Assembly (NCBI GenBank): GCA_028534125.1
Contig: CM052818.1
Coordinates: 46,130,001-46,194,000 of the forward strand
Direction of reading: 5' to 3'
Source: Lama glama
Taxonomy: Eukaryota
Length of the DNA: 64,000 nt
The position numbers and the translations under genes are program-made. The notes beneath the pieces were generated by a model that ran no database searches, was not told where the DNA came from, and was given only the letters and a program-made list of their open reading frames with translations. This document shows positions 37,050 to 50,686 of the stretch, piece after piece. The stretch's first letter is position 1. The number at the start of each line of letters is the position of its first letter.

Positions 37050-38060
37050 GGCCTGGATTCGTCACTTAACCTCCCCGCACTTCGTGTGTAAGACAGGGCT
37101 ACCTAATTCCAAATGAAACGTGTGTCCCAGTACTGCGAGGCGGCGCGCCCTCCCCAGGACGTCCCTATCCCTGAAGCTACCAACAGCGAGAGATGAACCA
37201 CTGCCAGGAAGGGGCGCCGAGGGCGGCCGGGACGCGACGCCCATGTGAGGTCGCTGCCGGCCTCCGGCGCGCTCAGCCTTGAGCAGCATCGGCTGGGGGA
37301 AGCGGGGCGCGGGGAGGAGGCCCCGACAACCTCGTGACAGTCAGGGGAGAGGCGGCCCGGAGCGGAGAGGCGCCGGGACTCACGGGAGCCAGGCCCGCGG
37401 CTTTCCGCTGGGGCCACAGGCCTAGAGGGCGCGGCGAAGACGCTCAAGAGACCCGGCCACGTTGGGGCCGAGCCGGGGTCCGCGGTACCTGGGTGATGGA
37501 GTCTCCGAAGAGCAACACCCGAGGCCAGAGCAGCGAGCTCCCGCAAGACACCGCCTCACACAGCGCCATGGTACCGGCGGCCGAGAGGCGGGGCCAGGCC
37601 GGATATCCTGGAGGGGGCGAGCGGCCGGGAGGCGGGGCAGGAGAGAGATGGGAGGCGCCTGCGCAGCCCAACACCTTCGTGTATGTCTTCGCCCGGTGAC
37701 CATTCTTGTTTTCCCTCGGGAGCTCCATGATCTACGGTCCTTAGGCGACCAACTGGTCATTTTTAAGACATGCGATAGCTGTTACTTCTTGTAAAGCTCA
37801 TTTTTGTCCGTTTACAAAAGCTCGGCCTCCGGCATTCATTCACTTTTTGTTGGTTCTCTTATCTGAGTCTTCAGGTGCTGGGTGTCCGTGGCGACCCTGC
37901 CCTCGGGTTGCTCACCGACCCGTCGGAGACGCAGGCGAGCCCGCACCTACTCGCCGTCTGGCTAGTGTCGTCTGTCAGTTCCCCCGGTGGAAACCAACCC
38001 TGAAAGGAGAGCGACCTGGCGCCGCTATCAGATCCAACAACATCCACCGCTCGAAGATGT
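37050..38060. promoter_or_regulatory. CpG island / IAH1 promoter
   Basis: Dense CpG and high GC around IAH1 exon 1; GC-box-like GAGGCGGGGC twice at about 37585-37640. Confidence 0.85.
37489..37569 (-). CDS. IAH1: IAH1 exon 1 coding part (isoamyl acetate-hydrolysing esterase 1 homologue, SGNH/GDSL hydrolase)
   Basis: gtaccATGG...ACCCAG|gtaccg, 81 bp; MALCEAVSCGSSLLWPRVLLFGDSITQ with FGDS nucleophile motif; six exons sum to 750 nt = 249 aa + stop. Confidence 0.97.
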
Positions 38061-38214
38061 TTAAGCAAATGGCAATAGTGTAAATAACGAACGGTAGGAA
38101 GTACTTCCAAGGGATTCATTCATCACAAAACCAACCCTTGTTAAATATAATTATTCAACCATTTAGCCAACATTTTGACCTCACTTAGAGCTTATGACAT
38201 TTACTAGACAGTGA

Positions 38215-38495
38215 TAAGGCAGACTAATCAGGGAGGGCGACTACATGGGGTTTTGTAGTAGGGGAGAATTAGGCTGAACTCTGAAAACAAGAAAGAATAG
38301 TGGGGGTTTATAGCCAAGGAGCAGGGTGAGGAGTCAGTCAGATGAATGTAAAGCTGCCAAGAGGTAGGATAAATCTTTGCTAAACTGACCTAACAGGATT
38401 CTTGCTGAAGGCAGGCCAGGGTGATACCAGGGTGATCAGATCAAGAGTGTGGGAAAAAGAGCCAGAAGAACATCTTGAAACGACTAAGCTTAAGG
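38215..38495. mobile_element. Old LTR fragment, MER31-like
   Basis: gggggtttatagccaaggagcagggtg...tttgctaaactgacctaacaggattcttgctgaaggcaggccagggtgata resembles MER31 as recalled. Confidence 0.55.
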
Positions 38496-39948
38496 TGAAA
38501 ACCAGAGCAAGGGGAGCAGTGCATATTAGAAAAGCTGACATGCCTTTTTGCAGCTTGGATGTGCAGTGTTGGGGGGAGAATGGCCGGAGCTGGAGAGGCA
38601 GATAGGGTGATGCAGAGCGTGACCCCGTCTTGAGGCTGGGAGGTCCCTGGCTTCAACTAGAATAACCTGGGGGCTTTAAGAATGTGCTGATAAAGGACCA
38701 TCGCTTTATTTTTAATGCTCCCCAGGTGATTCCGATTTGCAGCCAAGGTTGAGAACCATTGTTAGGCCAAGTTAAGTTGTTTGGACTTCATCCTAATTAT
38801 GGTGAAGAAGCCTTAAAGGATTTCCAGGAGGGGAGGCTTGAAGGCAGATGTTATTTTAGGAATTAACTATAGGGAGAGGAGAAATGAGGCTGTGGCAGTA
38901 GGAGCCAGAGGGGAAGAGATGACTTGGACTCAGAGCCACGGTAGAGATAAGACAGGGGCAGATTGAAGAGCAATTTAGAATCCTTAAATCAGTTACCTCA
39001 GGGAGAGGGACTAGGAGGAAGGACTTCCCTTTTGCTGTATATAACCTGCACTGTAAAGGTATTACAAGTGTGTATTTTTTTTACCTTAATGTTTTAAAAT
39101 CTCTCGTAACAAAGTCTTATATGACACATAAAAGGTGAACCTCAGACCTGTGCTTTGGGCCAGAGACAAAGTAGGGTACCTTATAGAAATAAATGTATTT
39201 AGTTTCAAGTAGAAACTCAGATTCAGGCACTGAAGTTTGTCACAAAAGCACAGGGAACAACTAATAGTGTCAGTGGACATTAGTGACTGTGCACGACTGA
39301 CGGCTTTAGCCTGACCATGCTTGTAACAGGTCCTCAGCTGGGCCGTGAAGGCGGTGGGTGGGGGGAGTGGGGAGCTGGCCTCTGGGGGAGTGGGGAGCTG
39401 GCCTCCACGCGAGCTCGTCCCTGTTTCTGCTGCCAAGGGAGCAATCAGACCCTTTCTTGAAGTAGTGGCCAAAGGAGCTGCAGGGCTGTCAACCCCTCCC
39501 TCAGCACACAGCACTCAAGTGCCCAGTTACTTGCAAGTCTGAATTACTCGTCCTTGAGGAAACTGAACTAATGATTAACTTACACATAAAACAATTCAAT
39601 AACTAACACCTGAATACTCCTGAACTTGTCATAAAAATTATATTTTGAATATCTCTGAATTGAATATAGATTATTATGCAAAGAAATATTCTTCAATCTC
39701 AAAAGGCCTAATTTCACAAAGATGAATTAAGGAATTTGGTAAGAAATTGGGAGGGAGGAAACAGAAAAGGGGCTTAAAACTTTAAGTGCTAATTTCTATT
39801 GTTAATGCAAATTCAGAATATGGATATGAAAATTCAAACCACCATGCACTTGGCTTTCCTTAAAAAAGACAATCAGACATTCTGATTCAGCTGCTATGAG
39901 CAGATCTTAACTGCATACTTGCCTAGAAGCAGAGTCAGTAACAAGCAG

Positions 39949-39954
39949 TTTATT
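39949..39954 (-). terminator. Candidate CPSF3 polyadenylation signal
   Basis: First canonical AATAAA on - after the CPSF3 stop (about 175 nt downstream). Confidence 0.5.
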
Positions 39955-40129
39955 CAGCAGTTCTAGAATAATGGACAAATTACTTGATAATTCAAGGTGC
40001 TGGAATAAAGGCCATTTGCTGTCAAAAGTAAATTGGCTACACGAAAGAAATTAATGTATTTCATTTTAAGTAACAGAAGCAGTCAAGCATTACAAAGCAG
40101 TCGTCTCCATTTACAGAGCCACAAGGTTA

Positions 40130-40258
<129 letters not shown>

Positions 40259-40719
40259 TCACTCAAGGGTCCACAACTTTATATGGAAGAAAAACGGATG
40301 CCCTTTAAGAACACTCGTTTCCTGTAGGGGTCGGGGGTCGCCGCACCGCACGCCTGTGGGCTCGCACCTGGATGCGGAAATGCCCAACCGCACGGTGACT
40401 GGGCCTAACTAGACATTAACTTCGGGGGAGAAAAAGAATAAAGGGAAAGTCGAGTGAACTATGTTTACCTCAAAGCCCATATTATGATCCAGTAAATGAC
40501 ATTCCAAGGAACGCAGTCTGTGTAACACAAATTACTCAGCAAGCGACGGATGTGGTCATCTAGCCAACATCTAGTATTAAATCTGATTTGGACTCACTGA
40601 TAATCTTCCAGTTACCTCTTAACTACAAAACACTATGCTATTTAAACATTTTTTTAGTCACACCATAAATATTCCTCATATAAAAATTTAGGAAGGAAAA
40701 GAAAAACACCATTAATTCT

Positions 40720-41430
40720 ATGACCTAGTGATAACTACTATTAACACTTGAGTGCATAACCTTCAGACTTTTGTTTATACATATCTGTTTTCTTTAAAAC
40801 AAAAATGGGATAATTTATCATATTTGCTTTCTTGTAAACTTCCCCCCCACTTAATAATGTAGGTGGACAAGTTTGCACACGACTAAATCTACACCATCGT
40901 TCTTCGTGGCTGCATACACAGTGTTCCGTGTGTAAGGGTGCACCATTCACATAATTCACTTACTGTTTTTATTTATTATCTCCTACTCTTGGATATTTAG
41001 GTCTCTTGCCATTTTGTTTGTTATAATCAAAGCTAAAATAGACATCTTTGTATATATATATATCTTTACTCACTTGCCTAACTAATTTTCTTTGGTGAAA
41101 TACAGTAAGTGGAATTGTGGATAAAGCCTTACTTTTTAAAGGCTTTTGATGCAGATCACCAAACCGCCCTGCAGAAAGAATGCACCACCTAACTTACAGC
41201 CTCCTCCCTGCCCCAAATAGCACTTGAGAACGACTTTCTTTCGCCATCACTGGGTCATATCACTCTTTTTAATCTGTGCCAATATAAGCAAATAGTGATA
41301 GTTCATACTTTAAATTTGCATTTCCTTTAATTATCAGAGGGTCTGCTCTGAACATTTGTTCCACATGTCTGCTGGCTGTATTTCTTCTCTAGTGACTTAC
41401 CTGTTTGTGTTCTTAGCTTATTTTTCTATT
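40720..41430 (-). mobile_element. Ancient L1 (L1ME-like) fragment
   Basis: ttggatatttagg...gtggaattgtggataaag...caaaccgccctgcagaaagaatgcacca...ttttaaatttgcatttcctttaatt. Confidence 0.6.
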
Positions 41431-42017
41431 GAGGTAAAATCTAGTGTTTTCTCAAAACATCTATATAGTCAAAGGATATACAAAAGAAATACCAAACATG
41501 TTACCAGTTTAGGAGAACTGTTCTAATCTTCAAAACGGTCCCACAAGGAAGACATACGTATTCATTTATGCTTGTGAAACAGTTATGAACGATCTTCGGG
41601 GTGTGTGGTGGGAACAGGCCCCCCACTCTTGGATCCTATTGTTTGGAAAAACTACTTGGATCTTGCTGGTGCGAACAGAGAAGTAGCTTCTCTGAAAAAT
41701 CTGGAATCAACTGGATGCCAAACTAGAGAAGAGCTGAGGTGGATTAAGGTGTATTATGAAAATGGAAACAAGGGCGTAATGAACACATGGGAAGTGTGCA
41801 CTACACAGCAACACGGAACAGTGCTTATGACGAATGAGAAATAAAAAGTAAGGATGTTAAAACCTCACATATGATAACATAAACGCAGTCTATTAAAAAT
41901 GTAGGAAAAAACTGGAAGGAAATACCAAAATGCAAAAATAAACTGCAAAATAAGTCTACTTCTGCTTTCACTTTATTTCCCAAATGTCTTGAAATGTAGG
42001 AATGAACAGCTACTTAC

Positions 42018-42114
42018 CCGAGTCTCCAAGTTTATATTAGCAGTTTTTCCATCCACTGTGACACTAAGAATAGAACCATCTTTTACACTAACACAGTCTT
42101 CTCCAAATATGTCC
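42018..42114 (-). CDS. CPSF3: CPSF3 exon 17
   Basis: ttaag|GGACAT...ACTCGG|gtaagt, 97 bp; [32 protein letters not shown]. Confidence 0.96.
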
Positions 42115-43097
42115 CTTAAGATAAACAAAGATGCAATATTAGTGGAAAATGCTTTACAAATATGTAAAGTACAATTTTATATATTTGAGGAAAAAATAAT
42201 ATTGAAGATAGGCCCTAGTTTGAAACAGAATACTTATATCTACTCCTGAGATGTGCTTCTTAATTACTTTCACATATTTTATGAGGCAGGTGAGATACAC
42301 AGCTACCATTGGTTAAGAATGCGTCGTTCAGCAGGCACTGTGCTAGGCACTTTATATACATTGTCTTAACCTATAATTCTGGTAAGGAGCCCCTTTTACA
42401 CAGGAGGAAAAGAAGACTCAGTAAAGTGATCTGCTGAAAGCCCCATGGCTAGCGAGCACGAGACTGGTCTTCAAGTGCAGGCACCTCCGTCCAGCACCAC
42501 CCGCGCCCCCTGGGAAAGCCTCGCTACTCTAGGGCCACACAGGACTTTCTGTTCCTGTAAAGCCTCTGAAACCAGAGCCGCCCAACAGCAGAACTGTTCT
42601 CAATACGCCCCCTGGGCAGGCACAGGAGAGCAGACACCTGTCTTCTACAAAAGGGCTTCTTACTCTGAGGTCCCAAGAGGGGCTTCAGGGAAGGGGCATC
42701 TGGAGTCCAGAAAACTGGAATTCACATTTAAGAAGAAGTGAGTATGTGTAATAATCCTTAAAAGCATAGTAACCCTAGGGTAATCCTCTAGTGCTTTTCT
42801 GATCCTGCCACGCCAGCCACAGAAAAGCATCCTGAAGCTCTATATTAAGCAAAACGCACTTCGCAGGGAAGTGGCCAACCAAGCAGGTCACATGTACTCA
42901 GAGCGAGCTGCACTGTTTAGCTGGAAGGAAGCGGTTCAAACTGCTTTACTGACAGAAACACAGGCCCCTAGACAAACTAAGTGACCTGCTAAGTGACCTT
43001 GTCTGAGCCTGACCAGCAGGCAGCGATGGCACCAGAATCACACCCTCCCCACCATCTGCTTCACCACTTTGGTGAGCAGTAACGTGCAGATCACTTA

Positions 43098-43211
<114 letters not shown>

Positions 43212-43398
43212 TTAGAATAATTTCCAAATCAATAATCAGAACATAGTTGCTGAGAAACCAAAGTGGTTAACTATGGAATCCTTCAAGTGACAAATGTATA
43301 CAGAGGGTCTACCCGCTGAGACAAACTGGTATTTCATCACTTTATTTTATGTTCTTGTTCAAGAACCACAAGTGACATTATGTAAAATTTTATTTCCA

Positions 43399-43519
43399 GG
43401 GAGGGTATATAGCTCAGTGGTAGAGTGTATGCTTAGCATGCAGGAGGTCATGGGTTCAGTACCCCAGTACCTCCATTTAAGAAATAAACTAATAAACCTA
43501 ACCCCCCCCCAAAAAAAAA
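43399..43519 (+). mobile_element. tRNA-Ala-derived camelid SINE
   Basis: gggagggtatatagctcagtggtagagtgtatgcttagcatgcaggaggtcatgggttcagtaccccagtacctccatttaa...aaacctaacccccccccaaaaaaaaa. Confidence 0.85.
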
Positions 43520-46079
43520 CTCCTGCTAGAAGATGGAGTTTAAAAAATTATTTATTCCAATGTTTCTCCAACTTTCTACATTTATGAGCAGAAGTGAGTG
43601 AAATTATAACTCCAGGTGGTCTAGGAGCACATCCATGCTCAGCAATCTCTGAAGTTTTTGTTTTATGTGAAACGGTAAGTAAATTTAGCATTCTGCTACA
43701 TAGAATATACTTACAGCTGTTCTAGTAAAATTAATATTTAAAATCACTCGCCAGTTAGATTACTTAGCTTTTCCCCCAAAACAAAGTAACCTGGAAGTAA
43801 CAGTAAACAAAGTAATCTGGTTCAGGAAGATGAGCCACACTTGATCTCCGGAATCCCACCACTTTCTGCTACCTCCACAGGCACTTCCGCCCTGGCCCGA
43901 GCTTCTATCCCCCACCTTCCTGATCACTAAACTCCCACTGGAACCTCGGCCTTCATACTTGCCCTCCTAACAGTCTCCCTTCAACAAGCACCAGGGTAAT
44001 CCTTAAAAACCCTACAATGTAACCCATTTCACTCACACTCCACGTCCAAAGCCCTTAAAATGGCCCACAAGGCCCTACACGTCTGCACCCACTCCAAACC
44101 CGATCAAGCTGCCCAGCACTCACTGTGGCATCAGCTCCTCCAGGGCAACCATCTGTGTGCCTTGCTCACAGATGTGCCCTAAGCACTTGCAATAACACCA
44201 CGACACAGCAGGTGCTCAATAAATATCTCTTGAATGACTGTTAGGTGAAAATAAGGAAGCACCTCATTACCCAGAAGAACGTAAAATCCCACTGCTGATT
44301 CACCACCAAGTGGGGGAGAACGAGGGAATATAAGGCAGCTAGTTAGTTTAATACAATTAACTCATGGAAAAAGCCTGTTCTAACTTGTCAGCAACGAACC
44401 CCCGCAGAAATGCCCAGAGGCTAACCTAGTGAGGAAATGTTTTTATTATTATCATTATTAGTTTGAGATGGATCACTAACGATAGGATGATTATTTTTAA
44501 TTCCACTACTATAGATCAGACCAAAGGTGTATTTTCACTTTGGACTAGAGTACCAAGAGAAATACACAAGATAAAGTCAACCCAGTCTATGACAGCTCAT
44601 GTGTTCCCTCCTGTACCACACAGGCATCAAATATTTGGTGATCATCTGTTTTTCGTTTTTCAGCTCCATCATTAGGTGGAGCCTTCATCAGAGCAGCAGA
44701 CGACATCTTGACGACACAGTCGACAGTCAGTCTCATGCTAACGGGCTCTGGGACCCCTCCTCCACCGCACAGCATGGAAGGGGCTTAGGGGAGCTCATAC
44801 ACCCAACGTCCCTGAAGCCCACACAACATCCTGATTGGCCTGGAAAAATATCATTTTTGCATAGAAATTTCATTTTTCAGGGAAGTATACAAATATCTGA
44901 CTTCATTTTACAAAAGAGCTATTAGAATTTAATGAACAAAAAGTAACCTTGGAGGCTACAACACAATTCAGCTCAGGAGTGTCTGATTTCAAGGGAACAG
45001 GCACACACTAGGAAGTGAAGGCAGCCGCGCTCACGGAAAGCTGTGCTGGCCCACATACTCCGGCCTTAAACTTCCCCTCCTGTTCTCTGCACTTAACCCT
45101 TGTCCCCCTCACTTCACTGCTCCTAACTTTTGTACCACTAATTAGTTATGACCTTTGTAAAAGGTCCTCCTTCCCACACCCCCCACCCCATACCTTGTCC
45201 TTTATATTTTACCATCGAAGAGAAGAAAAAGGTAAAATAGAGAAAACTGACAACTGCCTTTAAAACTGTTCTGTCATGAATATCTTTGTTCCCTGGGGCA
45301 AAGACTGATACTGAACATCGTATGAAAATCCAAGATGCACTGTTCTTCTGCGGCTTGTGTGAACGTGCGGCTTCATCTCCTATGTTACAGGCACACGGGG
45401 GGGGGGGATCCATTACCCACGAGTTAATTCAACTAAAATAAATGATCAAATAGTGTCCAAAGCATAATTTCTACCATGATTATTACTCACATTCAAACAC
45501 TTACCAGTAACTTAGATGAATAATTTAGATTTGTCTAGGCATTTATTAGTTTCATCTTATAGATATGACCAGTTACGAGAAGATGGATTATGAAGTAGTT
45601 GGCTAAGCATTTTTCCTCCTGAAATCAAAGAACTAACTACTTACTTTTTTCTTTTAATTTTAAGAAACAGAAATATTCCATCAGAGAACAAGATCTGATG
45701 TCATGTGAGGCTTCCTGGAATATTTCCTGGGTGGTTTCTTCCCCCAGGAGCACAAAGGACAACCTTACATGCCAATAATGTGTATCTTAACATGTGTTCT
45801 ATTGAATTATGTATAAAATAGAATCCAGCTGTAAAGAAATCATGCACAAGTATTTTCACTGGTGTTTTCCTTGATTGAAAATTGCTGCTTAGAAAAGAAA
45901 ACAAGGAGATTTCATCTTTGTGTTAATTGCAACCATGTTTTTATAGCACAGATGAAGATTCAGAACAAAAAGTAAATAAAATATTAGTAATATGCCCTAT
46001 GCATGTATCATACCTTAAGAGTTACAGGAATGGGAAAATCAGATTTCAAGCTCTTTAAGACCCTGTTTTCTGCTTTTCA

Positions 46080-46280
<201 letters not shown>

Positions 46281-47765
46281 TCACCACCACCCACCCACCA
46301 CAGACTGCACATGTGGGACAATGTTTCTAGCATTTCACTGAGATCAGCTGACATTAACCAGCAATGCTGAACTTCTCTAATTTCTTTTTTATCAACAATA
46401 GTAAAATGTACTGAGCACATCCTTTGTGGTAAGTGTTTTATATGCATTATCTCATTTAATTCTAATAACATCTTCATCATAAAGGAGGAAACTGACTCAA
46501 AAGTAACTTGCACAAGTAAATAAGCAGTGATTAATTGTTGGTTCTAGGATTCAAATTCCTAGTCACTATATTTTAGTAGCATAGACAGTAATATTTTCAG
46601 ACATTTACTTTTGTTTCTTACATGAAATCTAAGATCCCTGACACTGTTTCATGTGCCCAGTGCTCTGAGAAAGTTTTCCATGTCCCCCAGGTTAGGGTGA
46701 GACCAGCTGAATTACTTCAGGAATGAGAAGCCCCCCCCCTTTTTTTATTATTTCTCTAAAGGGTGCTTTTACAAGTGATATGAGTCCCTGTAAAACTTCT
46801 CTAAGATTTTCTTTGACATGTTAATTCTAGGGAGTTAAAAATACATTCTCTAAGTTTAGTAGCAAGAACTAAATTACTGTCTCTAATAACTTTTCCCCTT
46901 TCTGATACTTTATATATTATATGTAACTTCATGTTATAGATAACTACTCTTTTTGACAATTTCTTCAGTTATTTTTAGCCTTATAAGTCAAATTCAGAAT
47001 TAAATCAGAGAATTACAGTGGGACCACAGCCATCAGATCTTTTTTTGTTTGTTTTAAAAAATAGTATGTGTGAACAGAATAGTTGACCGTACAGCTGGCA
47101 AATTTACACACAGCCTTGAGGCAGAGAAACAGACAAGGTACCTCCCTGGATCATTCAGTGCTAGGATTCACCTTGAAAGTCCATCTTTAAACTTAACAGA
47201 TGCCAATCTATCAAAATCAACCATCAAAGTCACTTGGTGTCTGGGTTTCAAATTCTACCCTTATGAATTTAAAATTCTAAGAGTGAGAACCACAGTCACC
47301 TAAATTAATGATTTCTAAGTTTCTGTTTCTAGAGTTTGTGAATTTGGGTCATTTTAATGTTTCTTATTTGAATCTTCAGAATTTCACTCTCTTAAGAAGT
47401 GCTGCATAACAATTTGTTTGCTTTAATGTGTCAGAATTTTATTTTTATCTTGAGAATTTTAACAACTTTTGATATAACTCAAGACATCCCGGGGTACTAC
47501 AAAATCAGTTAAAACTTACTCATATGAGAGACCTCTGATTATTACACATACTAAACATTAAGCCTTAATTTATTATTAGTTTCTATGCTATTTTAAGTAT
47601 TTAGAAAATGCCTAGCTATGTTATATTTAAAGCTGATCTTGGAAAGAAAAAAATACATATGTTTTCCAACAATTTTTTTTCCTGATTGGGAAGAAATCAA
47701 TTTTCTCTATAATTACATCTGAACTCAAAATTTTTTCCCCTTCCTTGTTTAGGTAAATGATCTTA

Positions 47766-48107
<342 letters not shown>

Positions 48108-49152
48108 TTATAGAGATAGCTGAAATAAGGTGACACAATTGAAAAAATTTAGTAACTTGTATATAGGCAAATTTTTAAACAGCTAAGTAGGTTTTATATT
48201 AATTGCTTATAGCAAATGGAAGCTCTCAACGTGTATTATAAAAATTCATATAACTAGATAGGATTTACCTTGGACAGTAAACATTTGAAAAGTTAACAAA
48301 CTTTCATGACTGTCAAACATCTATGTTTGTACAAGAGATTCTTCAACTAGCATCTTGAAATTTAACACAAGCCTCAGCACCTACTAGTCACTTCTGCCTT
48401 CTGTCTTCACAGGTTTAATGGTTCTACAGGGAAATTCCTGAGATGTCTAAGATGAGAAGGAAAGGGAAATTCTCTAAGATGAGACCTTTCTGGTCTTCCC
48501 AATAACCTCTTAATTAAGGATTAATTCAGACATATTTTATTAACTTCTTATGTTACGATCTATAATTCTAACAAGAAGTTCTGAGGTGAAAAAAGATAGC
48601 ATTTTTATCGGTTTCTTTTATGTAAGTACTTTACTATATGAATTATGAGAGCATATTAATAGAAAGTGTAATTGTGTGATTTGAAGTGTTCTTGCTTATT
48701 AGAGAGAACTCACACTTTTAAACGAAGTCATCCCCATCCTGATGTTAACACACGAAACCCTAACTCATAACAGTCTAATATGAAAACAGAATACGTTCAT
48801 TCTTTACAGGCCTTTGGCCAGTGATCATGCACGCTTATAAAACCTGCTGGATAGATTAGTACAGATGGAACCAGAAAAATTATTCTCAGTGGACAAAGAA
48901 AAGAAAAAGATATAATTTAGCTACAGGAAACTAAAGTAGACTTTAAACACAAGCAAAGACTACTGACATTTTTAAAATTTTAAAGTGGATCAAGAATAAG
49001 ACGTGTTATGGAATTAAAAAAATGTTTATCAGTTTATTTTCAAAATTTTCACCTAAAGGTGATTGATAACATCACCAAGTAAAATATAAACAAAATTTGT
49101 GCAATTCTGAGACAATTAATATCCTTTCCCAGATATATAGTTATCTTACTCA

Positions 49153-49323
<171 letters not shown>

Positions 49324-50350
49324 TTAAGAAACAATACTAGTCCCAAAAATGCAATCTGCAAACACATACATAAAGAAAAGAGAAGTAAAAGCAAAGTAAG
49401 TGAGAACGTGTTTTTCTAGCGAACACAGTGCTCTTCAGTTGGCTCCTACCCCTAAACACCCTCTCACACCCGGCCCTGCCCAACAGTTAGCTTGTGCTCC
49501 AGGCACAAGAAGGCACTCTCATTCTTCCAAACATGTTAGGTCCCTGAACGTCTCCAAGCCAGGAAGTGAGCTGTCCTCTGCCATCTTTTCTGCTTGGCAG
49601 CTCCTGGCAGTCCTTCACCACTTGGCATGAGAGCTACCTGGTTAGCAAAGCTTTCCCAACTCTGCTGGCCCCACCCTCATCTCACATCTGTATCATGCAC
49701 TTCTGAATGTCACAGGTCTGCACTGTGGCTCTACACAAGACAGCTTCTCTCAATAGACAGCTTTTCAAGGGCTGGGACTGTGCTTTTTCATGAATCTCTA
49801 TCCTCCAGCACCTCGCACGATGCCTGGCATTGAGCAAGAACTCACTGATTGTTCATGGAACAAGTTATTGTCTACTGCATGGTCTGAAAGCTGACAGCTG
49901 GCCTGTCTCACAGACGGACACCTGAACACTGCTGCTATTTACTCCTTGATAAAGCACTTTTGACTTATTAGTGCTCTACACATAAAATTGAGTGCAGCTG
50001 TTTACCTGAAGATACTACCACGTTTACTGCAAAAGCAATGATGGCTTAGCATTTACACAGGCATAAAACACAAGGTCCAGCAAATGACTTAAAACTACAG
50101 GTCATAAAAATCAAAAAGCTTGTGCGGGGAGCCCAGGAAATAAAAGCGCCAGGACTCCACTATGAAAGGCAGAAGACAAGCCTGTAAAGGGTCAGAAGTC
50201 ATCAATCTGTGTTACAGGGGAACTTATGCTTCCAATTAAGAAAAAAGTTATTTCACAAAGAATTTAAATGTTTTAATAATTCAAGGAAGATTTTCCCCCC
50301 CGTAAAGCTAATGAGATTATTAGGTTTCACCTATTTGTACTTTATTATTT

Positions 50351-50460
50351 TTTAATATATTTTTATTGAAGTATAGTTAGTTTACAATGTTGTGTCAGTT
50401 TCTGGCGTGCAGCACAATGCTTCAGTCCTACAGGAGCAAACATATAATCGTTTTCATATT
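50351..50460 (-). mobile_element. 110-bp 5'-truncated L1 3' end with 20-bp target-site duplication
   Basis: tttttattgaagtatagttagtttacaatgttgtgtcagtttctggcgtgcagcacaatg; CTATTTGTACTTTATTATTT at 50331-50350 and 50461-50480. Confidence 0.9.
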
Positions 50461-50551
50461 CTATTTGTACTTTATTATTTAGTTATTGCTTAAAATTTGG
50501 CTACTAGGTAGAAGTTTTTGTAGATTTTCTTTCAATGCTAAAATCAAATTA

Positions 50552-50686
<135 letters not shown>

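Noticed and set aside
25412..37569. IAH1 pseudogenisation or U12-type introns in any of the three genes
   Set aside because: IAH1 exons join in frame to 249 aa with FGDS, GAND and DGLH intact; all introns are GT-AG and none has the U12 GTATCCT donor
41605..41844. 79-aa + strand ORF in CPSF3 intron 17 as a retrogene or microprotein
   Set aside because: GTG start, no recognisable homology, no poly(A) or TSD; a BLASTX/PhyloCSF hit would be needed
44587..44775. Box C/D-like motifs (TGATGA...CTGA) and a 62-aa ORF on the - strand in CPSF3 intron 15
   Set aside because: Boxes are only about 30 nt apart with no clear terminal stem or recognisable guide; not supportable without an Rfam/snoscan hit
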